Shown one piece after another: positions 17,879 through 26,288 of a stretch of 64,000 nt of DNA. The stretch is from positions 67,656 to 131,655 of the forward strand of contig CAYMZG010000001.1 in NCBI GenBank assembly GCA_964394925.1, read 5' to 3'. The notes under the pieces were generated by a model, which did not search any database, was not told where the DNA came from, and was given only the letters and a program-made list of their open reading frames with translations. Source of the stretch: an uncultured Candidatus Saccharibacteria bacterium (GTDB lineage: Bacteria; Patescibacteriota; Saccharimonadia; Saccharimonadales; CAYLGV01). Numbering within the stretch: position 1 is the stretch's first letter; each line of letters opens with the position of its first letter. A program made the position numbers and the translations under genes.

Positions 17879-20800
17879 CTAAGAAACCGTCAATAGCCCC
17901 TTGCGTATATTCTTTTTTTTTACGACGTTGGCTAATAAGCCGTCAAGTTGCTTTATGGGTTCTTTTCCAAGGTTAAACTTGTTCAGTCTTAGAAACTTAT
18001 AGCCATAGCCTTCAAGTACTTTTTGCCTATAAACATCATCTGCTTTTAGATAACTTTCGTAGTTACTTTCATTTACTTCATCTAGGTTTATGAAATGTTC
18101 ATTAAATCCGTCATATTCAATAACTATTTTTTGTTTACCGAATGTAAGCAAGAAGTCTACTTTATACATTGGGTGGCTGTAATTTTTATCTAGCGACTTC
18201 AAGTATTCGCCTAGCGGGAACTGTGGAACTAGTTCTAGTTGGTCTTTGTTCTTTTGGTAGAACTCGGTCTGATAGAAGTAGTTCTGTACTAGAGGTTCCA
18301 TCGCAGACTTCTCGTCAGTACCACCGATTTGATGAGTAGTGGTGTTAAGAGCATTTTCATAATAAAGTAGCGCAGTTTTAACTTCGCCCCAATACTCATT
18401 GACAGGCTTACTAAGTACAAAATGTATTGTTTCTTTTGCTCGGCTGAAACCAACATTTAGACGTTGCTCACGTGTCCCGAACTCCTTCCCAGTCTTAACT
18501 GATTCTTCCATTGAAATTGGGAAAATATATCGGTGTGTATTCTCATCACTTTTTTCAACCATACTGTACAAAAGATAATCTCGTTCTTCGCCTTGGCAGG
18601 TATCAAAGGTCATCACCTTTAGGGAGTGTTCGTGTAGCCAGTCAGAAATCCCCGAGTCATTTAGCAGGTTGTTAATAAACGTGGCTTGCTCTCTGTGTGG
18701 TGTAATAACGCCTAATGAGCCAGCATAATCCTTGTTTTTGAGTGCTGTAAATTGCTCTAGGATATAGTTAGCTTCCGCAGAGTTTGTCAGCCTGTATTGT
18801 TCGGTGACACCTTCTGTCTCAACTTGCGTAAACTTGATAACTTCACTAATAGGTAATGAACGAGCTTTCATACACTGTAAGTTATTGTCATAGAAATACT
18901 TGTTTGAATAACCAATGATTTCTGGGTAACAACGAAAATGCTTTTTCAGCATTGTTTGATAATTTGTAATGAATCTACAGAAGTCCAAAATTGAGCGTTT
19001 AACATTAAAGTTTTCATCTACCCTTGCAGAGTAAACTGAACTGTAGTCTTTAGCCTGTGCGTCAATTGAAGCCCTTAAAGTTTTCAGTAGGTTACTGCGA
19101 TACTTGCTGTTAGTAAGTACGCTAGCGTTTCCAGCCTTTACGTTACTAAACTGCTTCTCATCACCAAGTACCAAGATTTTTTTGCCACGAATCAAAGCTG
19201 GTAGAGCTTGGGCAATACTAACCTGGGAAGCTTCGTCAATTATTACTAAATCAAACAAGCCTTTTTCTAAAGGAATATACGTTGCGTAATCTCTAATGCC
19301 AGCTAGTATGCAGGGGAACGCTTGCTTTAAGTCGCTGAAAAGAACTTTAGGAAACTTCTGCTTAGATTTGAGCATAGATTTCAGCGTTCTAATATCAGCA
19401 GCGTGGTGGTCTACATAGTCAATAATACGAGTATCTAAAATGTTAGCCATTTTAGCTGCATTAAGTAGGTACAGGCTTTCGGAACTATCTGCAAAGTTAT
19501 CTGTAGCTATAACTTCAAACTTATCGGCAAGTTTCTGTGCTTCTTTCTTATCATTCAGGTAATCAGCTAGTTCGCTTTCACTCATATCTATGAATCGCTT
19601 ATCAACTGCGTCTACAGATTCAGTGCCTTCTGTAAGGTTTATGGCTTGTGCAACATCAGGGTAGCTGAAAATGAATTGCTCTACTGTGCTTCTATGATTT
19701 AGAGCAGTTTCTAGTTCTTCAAGCTCACCAGCAAGTGATTTTAGTTTTTTGATTTCTTCATCAGGGCTTGATAACAATACATTTACGCTGGATTTAATAA
19801 TTGTAAGCACCTGTTCGTTAGCGTGAGCGATTTCCTGCAAATTACGAGCATTGCTTAATGCGGTAATGGCACTGTTAATGTCTTTGAGTTGCGATAGCTT
19901 GTAGCTCTTAATGAAGTCATTTTCATTTGGTTTACTTAGTAGATTTAATACTTTTTTAATGTTTTCTACTTCATCGCCTGGCAGGAGCAATAGCTCTAGG
20001 ACAGGTTTCCACGAACTTTCATCTAGTCCTTGTTGCTGCAATTTACCCTTTAGAAAGTTCAGTGTGTCTACGAACCCTACCAGCTCTGTAACGTGTTTTT
20101 CGGGCGAAGATAGGTTTAGATACGGAAGTTGAGTTTTAAGCTCCCTTACAAGGGCTTCTATTGAAGATTTCTTGCCAGAATAGCCAAGAAGCCTAGACCG
20201 TAGAGATTGTAGCTTTGAAATAAAGTCATTTAGTGAAGTATGTAATTCGCTTAGGCTTACTTCACATTTCAAAGATTGCTCAATAATATCTTTTGAGTTG
20301 TAGATATTAGGGGCAAACATTCTGACCGCATTTACTGTGTCCCTAGAGCGATAGAAATTATCTTCTGCTGCAAATACGTCAGCTATAGTACTAGCTTTGC
20401 TTAATGACTTAGTTCCGCTATATGATGATTCCTTCAAATAAGCTATACATTCATCTAGGTTTTCATTTATATCATCTACTTGCTGTTTTAGCTGGTTTTG
20501 ATTCTCAACACTTTGTTTCTTGTACCCATTGATAAACGCAGCGAAGTCTTTACTCAATGAATGCCGTGATTTTGCGTATGCGTCAGTAGCTAGAATAATT
20601 TGCTCTAAGTTTGATAAAGCTGGTGAATTAGCGAATGGAATCAAATACAAAACTTTGCTTTGTTTCAAGGCTAATACTGATTTATGTACGTCCTTGAAAG
20701 ATTCAATTAGTTCATCATCAACGGCACTAACCCAATCAATGCCTGTGTACTTTTCTTCTGACTTAATAACTGATTTAACATCAGATAAACTAATCTTTTC

Positions 20801-22549
20801 GCCAACACCAATTACCGTTTCTAGTGATTCTGTGGCTTCGTCCTTTGCTTCTTTTTCAGCAGTTTTAAAATCATTAACTCTACTTCTATATGCTCTAAGA
20901 TGTTCACGCACTTTTTCTAGTGCTTGTCCTTCAATAACCTTAGCTAGACCTCGGCTAGATTTTCCTAATCGCAGAATAGGATTTTGGAAGTTTTTGTCGT
21001 GCCTAATAGTACTTAATGTGTCAGTAATCTTGTCTTGAACTACATCAAGAGCTTCTTCTTTGTCTGAAAGCACAAGGACAGATTGACCTTCCAGGAGTGC
21101 CTTACAAACAATCGCAGTAATTGTATGGCTTTTACCAGTTCCTGGTGGACCTTCAAGTATTGCAACTTTACAGTCGTCTTTTTGCAGGGCTAGTAAAACT
21201 TGTTTCTGCTCTTCATTTAAGGCTATAGGGCTATCAACAATCAGCTTTTCTAAGATTGTTTTTTCTTCCCATTCTTGTGCAACGTCTTCAATAAAGTTTT
21301 GTGGATTTTCAGTAACGAAGCTGTCAATCAGTTCTGCAAAGGCTTCCGTAAGTTCGCCTTGGTCTTCAATAATTTCTTCATAATCATTTATTAAGGATTC
21401 GTCAGACTTATCAAAGAGAAATAGCTGTAAACGATTAGATATGCGTGTAACCATATTATTAGCAATTTGACTTGACGTTTCTTTAATGTCTACGGGCTTA
21501 GTTAGTCCCAATACGTCCCGAACATCATCTACAATTTTTTGTAACTGTGGCAATAAATCTTTTTTATTTTCAAAATAGATAATTCGGTCAAACGTACCAC
21601 CAACACTTTCATTACTTGAAGTAGCGACATTGTTTTGCTGAACTACAAACTCAATGGCTTTGATATTCACAAATACTCGGCTATCAAAACTGATTGAGAG
21701 TTTAGAATCCTCTTGTTCCACAGAGATAGGTACATAGAATAATGGAAATGAGAAGTTATTAACGCCAATCTCGCCGAAATATACATATAACTCTGTTTTA
21801 TCAAGCATATCTTTATTTCGGTTGAGCTGTAGTATTTCAGCATATGCGTCTGACGCACTAAACTCTTTGAAAAACTCCTTTAGAGCAGCCTTTACTGCAA
21901 GTGAGTCAAAAATACCTGCCAAAGCTTTAGAAAGGGACTTAGAATCCTGTGTAGCAGCAAAGAACTCCTCTAGGACTGTAGCTATACTATCTTCTGCAAG
22001 TGCATAGACCTTTGCAGTAGCGTCCGTTTCAAGCTGGTATAAGCTACTTTCAGCACTCCATCCAGCAGCTTCTAGTGATTGTTCAATGTCATTCAGGAGC
22101 GGGGCGATAACCTTTGTATCAAACTTATTCTTTATAACTTCTAGAGAAGTTTCAAAATAGTTATCATAATCCTTTTGATTATCTAGCCTAAGTTGATTTA
22201 TTTCCTTCGTGATTTCTTTTAGGGTGTCAATAATTTCATCATCGGATAGCTGGTCAATTCGCTGTTCAAGTAAAGAAACTAATCTATCAGAAATCTTAGT
22301 GGTGTATTTACCAAGTTCTACATCAAAACTTTCTTTTGCAAAACCACTTATGAAGTTTTTATAAAGTTCTCTATAGAGGGTCGGGTACTTATCAAGATAA
22401 AGCCCTGTAGACAAACCTTTATTTACCCTAGTTGTAAGGTTACGCTTTGGCTGTGTGCGTTTTTTGAAATCTGTTTCCAAAAAAGCCATAAAGTACTTGG
22501 CTACTTCGGTAACAAAATCTTTACTAATTACAGGGGGCTTCGTGTCCAT
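17879..22549 (-). CDS. Giant SF1 (Upf1/DNA2-like, AAA_11/AAA_12-type) helicase with C-terminal DUF559/Vsr-like endonuclease domain
   Basis: Walker A ILEGPPGTGKSHTI, Walker B LVIIDEASQ, motifs TFDTCQGEERDY and NVGFSRAKE. The C-terminal YKVDFLLTFGKQKIVIEYDGFNEHF is typical of DUF559/REase folds. About 600 aa are inserted between Walker A and B. Confidence 0.8.
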   Translation of the reverse strand: MDTKPPVISKDFVTEVAKYFMAFLETDFKKRTQPKRNLTTRVNKGLSTGLYLDKYPTLYRELYKNFISGFAKESFDVELGKYTTKISDRLVSLLEQRIDQLSDDEIIDTLKEITKEINQLRLDNQKDYDNYFETSLEVIKNKFDTKVIAPLLNDIEQSLEAAGWSAESSLYQLETDATAKVYALAEDSIATVLEEFFAATQDSKSLSKALAGIFDSLAVKAALKEFFKEFSASDAYAEILQLNRNKDMLDKTELYVYFGEIGVNNFSFPLFYVPISVEQEDSKLSISFDSRVFVNIKAIEFVVQQNNVATSSNESVGGTFDRIIYFENKKDLLPQLQKIVDDVRDVLGLTKPVDIKETSSQIANNMVTRISNRLQLFLFDKSDESLINDYEEIIEDQGELTEAFAELIDSFVTENPQNFIEDVAQEWEEKTILEKLIVDSPIALNEEQKQVLLALQKDDCKVAILEGPPGTGKSHTITAIVCKALLEGQSVLVLSDKEEALDVVQDKITDTLSTIRHDKNFQNPILRLGKSSRGLAKVIEGQALEKVREHLRAYRSRVNDFKTAEKEAKDEATESLETVIGVGEKISLSDVKSVIKSEEKYTGIDWVSAVDDELIESFKDVHKSVLALKQSKVLYLIPFANSPALSNLEQIILATDAYAKSRHSLSKDFAAFINGYKKQSVENQNQLKQQVDDINENLDECIAYLKESSYSGTKSLSKASTIADVFAAEDNFYRSRDTVNAVRMFAPNIYNSKDIIEQSLKCEVSLSELHTSLNDFISKLQSLRSRLLGYSGKKSSIEALVRELKTQLPYLNLSSPEKHVTELVGFVDTLNFLKGKLQQQGLDESSWKPVLELLLLPGDEVENIKKVLNLLSKPNENDFIKSYKLSQLKDINSAITALSNARNLQEIAHANEQVLTIIKSSVNVLLSSPDEEIKKLKSLAGELEELETALNHRSTVEQFIFSYPDVAQAINLTEGTESVDAVDKRFIDMSESELADYLNDKKEAQKLADKFEVIATDNFADSSESLYLLNAAKMANILDTRIIDYVDHHAADIRTLKSMLKSKQKFPKVLFSDLKQAFPCILAGIRDYATYIPLEKGLFDLVIIDEASQVSIAQALPALIRGKKILVLGDEKQFSNVKAGNASVLTNSKYRSNLLKTLRASIDAQAKDYSSVYSARVDENFNVKRSILDFCRFITNYQTMLKKHFRCYPEIIGYSNKYFYDNNLQCMKARSLPISEVIKFTQVETEGVTEQYRLTNSAEANYILEQFTALKNKDYAGSLGVITPHREQATFINNLLNDSGISDWLHEHSLKVMTFDTCQGEERDYLLYSMVEKSDENTHRYIFPISMEESVKTGKEFGTREQRLNVGFSRAKETIHFVLSKPVNEYWGEVKTALLYYENALNTTTHQIGGTDEKSAMEPLVQNYFYQTEFYQKNKDQLELVPQFPLGEYLKSLDKNYSHPMYKVDFLLTFGKQKIVIEYDGFNEHFINLDEVNESNYESYLKADDVYRQKVLEGYGYKFLRLNKFNLGKEPIKQLDGLLANVVKKKNIRKGLLTVS
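17912..17921 (-). promoter_or_regulatory. Slippery run A9G containing the A_AAA_AAG heptamer in the zero frame
   Basis: The minus strand reads GTA AAA AAA AAG AAT. The -1 frame (or a +1A transcript) continues without a stop into the zinc-ribbon ORF. Confidence 0.5.
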
Positions 22550-23049
22550 ATTTTGTGAGCTTGCTTACGAATAACTATACAACATTTACTCCTGTAAATC
22601 CTGCTTAAGTTAAAAATGGCAGGAAATACTTATTTAAGCCCTCTACAGCCCTATATGAAATGTCCTAAACTATAGATGTGGAAGAACTGCGTAAAAAAAT
22701 TTGAGGAGCATTAAAGAATATGCCACCCATTGACTGGTCGGACACTAGACCGCCAACTGAACACGCAGTTCACGCTATGATTAGGAACTTACACGCTGCT
22801 GCTGGCACAGACGCAGACAACACTCTAAAACGCAAAGAACAGTGAGATAACAGTGAGCAAATAGTGCGATAGTGCCTGACGCTGGTTGAGCTTTAAGGCT
22901 ACAGATTTTTCTGACAATGCCGCAAAACCCATTTGTGTTATTTTATATATACCTTGTACTAGGTACATACCTTTTACTTATACAGACCTAGTACTATACA
23001 AATCTAGTACTATACATAACGTAATAGTGCCATTTCATTACGTGAACTG

Positions 23050-23391
23050 TCACGAATCCTCTTGCAGGGCGTAATGTTTATCATTATGGGTACGGTTAAT
23101 AATTACACCAGAGTAACTTTCAACCTCGTCAATGATACTGTCTAACAAGAACCCGTAGAAAGATGAATGCTTGCCATACTCAAACTTATCTTTCCAGCGT
23201 TCACTGGATTTTTCTTTATAGCTCCCAGGATACAGGCCGTATTCACCCTTATGTGCGTGGAATAGTACAAACTTGAAATCCAAGTATAGGTCAATTGGCA
23301 TTATATGTACCTTAACTCTGTATGTGCCTTCGTCTAAACTTGTAGGGGCACTATATACTTCTACTTGTTCAAGATAGAGTTCTACCTGCAT
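23050..23391 (-). CDS. Hypothetical protein (113 aa)
   Basis: ORF overlaps the upstream gene by 10 nt (operonic). No recognisable motif. Confidence 0.45.
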   Translation of the reverse strand: MQVELYLEQVEVYSAPTSLDEGTYRVKVHIMPIDLYLDFKFVLFHAHKGEYGLYPGSYKEKSSERWKDKFEYGKHSSFYGFLLDSIIDEVESYSGVIINRTHNDKHYALQEDS

Positions 23392-23798
23392 AGCTCAACT
23401 CCATTTACCTCGTGCCATACAGAATGAAGTATGCAAACCCAGTCTTCATCACCACGAGCTTGAGCGCACATCACTTTGTCTAGCTGCGCTTCCCGCAATA
23501 TGTCATTCAATAGTTTCTTGCGCCGTTGATTAAGCTTAAACTTCCTGCGCAACCAGCCTGGCTTTACTTGGCCGTATTGCATAAAAAGCCAGCGTATCCA
23601 TTTGAACTGCTCGGTGCTTAGCTTAATCTCTATTTTGTTTATGACTCTACGCTGTAAAGTCGGGTCTAAAACCGCCGTCTGGGTGTCAGGAGCATAATTT
23701 GTACGCTTCGCATATTTGTCTAGCTTTTTGCTGCGACTTTCTACCGTAATGTTTTTTTGCAGGTTTTTGTGTCGGGACTCATCATATTGAGTTTTCAT
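23382..23798 (-). CDS. Hypothetical basic protein (138 aa)
   Basis: ORF downstream of a strong promoter. Lys/Arg-rich; possibly DNA-binding or a recombination directionality factor, which is speculative. Confidence 0.45.
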   Translation of the reverse strand: MKTQYDESRHKNLQKNITVESRSKKLDKYAKRTNYAPDTQTAVLDPTLQRRVINKIEIKLSTEQFKWIRWLFMQYGQVKPGWLRRKFKLNQRRKKLLNDILREAQLDKVMCAQARGDEDWVCILHSVWHEVNGVELCR

Positions 23799-23923
23799 TT
23801 AACCCTACCTTTATATAGAGCGAACAGACCAGTCGGCATACTGGCTCGCTTTTATTTAGGAGTAACGAAGCACACCTACGCTCCGTTAAACGCTGTTTGT
23901 AAGAGTCACTTTCACTTACCTAC

Positions 23924-23952
23924 AGTATACGCTAATGCTTATGGAAAGTCAA
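23924..23952 (-). promoter_or_regulatory. Sigma70-like promoter (TTGACT-17-TATACT)
   Basis: The minus strand reads TTGACTttccataagcattagcgTATACT. It lies just inside the segment bounded by IR-A, upstream of the 138-aa gene. Confidence 0.55.
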
Positions 23953-24002
23953 GCCGATTTATGTTCTAATAAACCTTTATAATAAAAAGTCGGCTTACAG
24001 TT

Positions 24003-24226
24003 TTCTCACTGATACCTCACTGTTATTGCCTAGCAACATTGGCAGCAGCAAAGCGCTACCAAGCACTTGTCATTAAACAGAACCTGCACAGGCTGTGATT
24101 TACCTTCCAGCTTTATGCTTGGAGCAAATCTCCCGCTAGGTTAAATTGCTGTGCCAGAGCTTCAAGCTTGTACACGTCTACATTAGTGGCATTTATTGTT
24201 TGGAATATGCTGGCTATCTGGCACCA
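24003..24226. repeat. IR-A right arm (224 bp)
   Basis: Perfect reverse complement of 14037-14260. It contains the last 37 codons of rec2. Confidence 0.9.
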
Positions 24227-25744
24227 AACTGCATTTTTAGCGCCTTCGGGCGCTTTTCTGTTTAATTGGGTAAGCTCGTTATAGGGGTAATTTACGCTAA
24301 ATGTGAGCTTTTTGCCGTTAAGTTGCAAGTTAGAAAGTAGGAAGCCAAGAAGCTTAGATTTTTGGGCTTCATCAGCACACTTGAACAGTTCTTCGGCTCT
24401 ATTTGCTAGGTCTAACAGATACGAACAAGTTAGTAACAAGTCTTTATTGCCCCTAGTTAGAATATCTAGCTTGTCATTTAGGCGTTCTTGACGCTTCGTA
24501 AGAGTTTTGACGACCTCGTCATACTTATCTGGTTCAATGCGGTCATCTACCAAGCGTTCCCACCACATATTGAGCTTTTTATCTACTGTGTCATACTCTT
24601 GTCTTGCTTCGGCTACAGACACTGCGTAGTGCTTTTGCTGGCTTTTGTGATTAGCTCTTAATTCTTGCGCAACTTTTTTAACTATGTAGTCTGGAAGCGT
24701 AATCTCTTTGATAACAGCTTCAATAGACCCCATAACCAAGGATTCTGCTGTATTAGGATTCTTGCAAGTAGGGTTTGCACAATTTAGGTATACCCATTGC
24801 TTTGACCTGAATGGCGATACTGCTCGTCCGCATACTCCACAACTCACAACGTCTTTAAGAGTGAAGTCCATACTGTCCCATTTACGTTTCATAGACTTGC
24901 GCTCATCTCTAACCAACTGACACCTATTAAACAAAGACCTGTCTATCAAAGGCTTGTACTTGTGTTTGTACTCCTTGCCCTTATGAACCATAGTGCCGTA
25001 GTAGAACTTATTGCTGATAATCTTTTCTACGCCAGCCTTAGTAAGTTCGGCCTTACCTGTTTTACGGCTTGTATAGCCAGCTTTGAGGAGTTCTTTAGCG
25101 ATAACACTGTACGGCATACCCAGCGCACGTAACTCAAAGGCTTTTACAATGTAATGGGAGCGTTCTGTGTCCTCGTGAATGTCCTTTATTGGCTTAGATA
25201 ACACTTCTGTTTGTATTAGCACATTCTTATAACCTACAGGCGCACGATGAACCCAAACACCGTCAGCTAATAGCTGCTCAAACCTGCGCTTAACATTGTC
25301 CCTTATGGAGCTTGAGTAGTAGCCAGCAAGCGCAATACCTATATCTAAGCGGAACAAATCAGGTGCAGGGGAATCCTTATGAATGAATAAGTTATCGCTA
25401 GGAAAGTGCATTTCAATCTTGCCCTGCCTAAACAACTTTGTCAGTGCAGCTCGTTCATTGGAAGTTGATTCACGGCTGAATCTGTCAATTTTGTCAAACA
25501 CAACAAAAGTTTGTGCATTGGCACTTTGTAATGGCTCAATTACCAACTCATTAAAGGTCTTGCGGTTTTCTTTGTAGGCTGTTTCGTCAAACTCCACATA
25601 CCTAAAGTCTTGCTTTTCAACCCAACGGCAGCGTTTAGCGTACTCATATAGGCGTTTTTTCTGGGCGGGTAGTGCTTTACGTTGCTCTACGTCCGACACC
25701 CTTGCTACTAATAATGCTTTTGGTTCATTGTGTGCTGTTTTCAT
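24113..25744 (-). CDS. Large serine recombinase (rec2)
   Basis: Catalytic region ALLVARVSDVEQR...FDKIDRFSRE, a zinc ribbon (CGVCGR...YLNCANPTC) and a coiled coil. The gene reads through the TGGTGC core at 24226-24221. Confidence 0.9.
   Translation of the reverse strand: MKTAHNEPKALLVARVSDVEQRKALPAQKKRLYEYAKRCRWVEKQDFRYVEFDETAYKENRKTFNELVIEPLQSANAQTFVVFDKIDRFSRESTSNERAALTKLFRQGKIEMHFPSDNLFIHKDSPAPDLFRLDIGIALAGYYSSSIRDNVKRRFEQLLADGVWVHRAPVGYKNVLIQTEVLSKPIKDIHEDTERSHYIVKAFELRALGMPYSVIAKELLKAGYTSRKTGKAELTKAGVEKIISNKFYYGTMVHKGKEYKHKYKPLIDRSLFNRCQLVRDERKSMKRKWDSMDFTLKDVVSCGVCGRAVSPFRSKQWVYLNCANPTCKNPNTAESLVMGSIEAVIKEITLPDYIVKKVAQELRANHKSQQKHYAVSVAEARQEYDTVDKKLNMWWERLVDDRIEPDKYDEVVKTLTKRQERLNDKLDILTRGNKDLLLTCSYLLDLANRAEELFKCADEAQKSKLLGFLLSNLQLNGKKLTFSVNYPYNELTQLNRKAPEGAKNAVWCQIASIFQTINATNVDVYKLEALAQQFNLAGDLLQA
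24221..24378. repeat. IR-B left arm (158 bp) inside rec2
   Basis: Perfect reverse complement of 27985-28142. It overlaps IR-A only in the 6-bp core. Confidence 0.9.
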
Positions 25745-25826
25745 CTTATAGTCCTTTACAAACTAACTATATGATGACCTCCGATACTAAAGCGACCGGA
25801 TAATTTGCGTATTCTAAACTTAAGTT

Positions 25827-26288
25827 TTAGTCAAACAGGCTAAGCTCTGCCATATCGGGTGGCTCTAATTGGCTAGCAGATTGTTCAAGGCGTTCTCTTG
25901 TGAGTACTGCGTCTTTGTCATTTTCTTTCTTATTGCGAGCGTCCACTCTACGCCATAACTCCTCAAACGGCACGTCAAGGTAGCGCAACTCTATTCTTAG
26001 ACCTAAAGAGTGAGCTTCAAGACGTAACTTATCTCGCTCCTCACGTCCCCAGAATCCGTTTTCCAGTATTACATTGCTACCTGACCTTGCTTGGTCTAAT
26101 GCCTTTTGCCATTGTTCAGCTTCAATTTCCGCTCTAGCTTTCTCATCAAAAAAACTAATACCGCGTTCATACATTTCTTGGTCTGGACTCATCACAGTGG
26201 CTTGCAGTTCCACGGCCAATTTTTTGGCAAGTGTGCTTTTACCTGCACCTGGCAATCCACAAAGCAAAATAAGTGTTCCTTGTTTCAT
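25827..26288 (-). CDS. P-loop kinase/ATPase (AAA_33-like)
   Basis: Walker A GLPGAGKSTLAKKL. Small size typical of a phosphotransferase. The start overlaps the ABC-F stop (ATGA). Confidence 0.65.
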   Translation of the reverse strand: MKQGTLILLCGLPGAGKSTLAKKLAVELQATVMSPDQEMYERGISFFDEKARAEIEAEQWQKALDQARSGSNVILENGFWGREERDKLRLEAHSLGLRIELRYLDVPFEELWRRVDARNKKENDKDAVLTRERLEQSASQLEPPDMAELSLFD

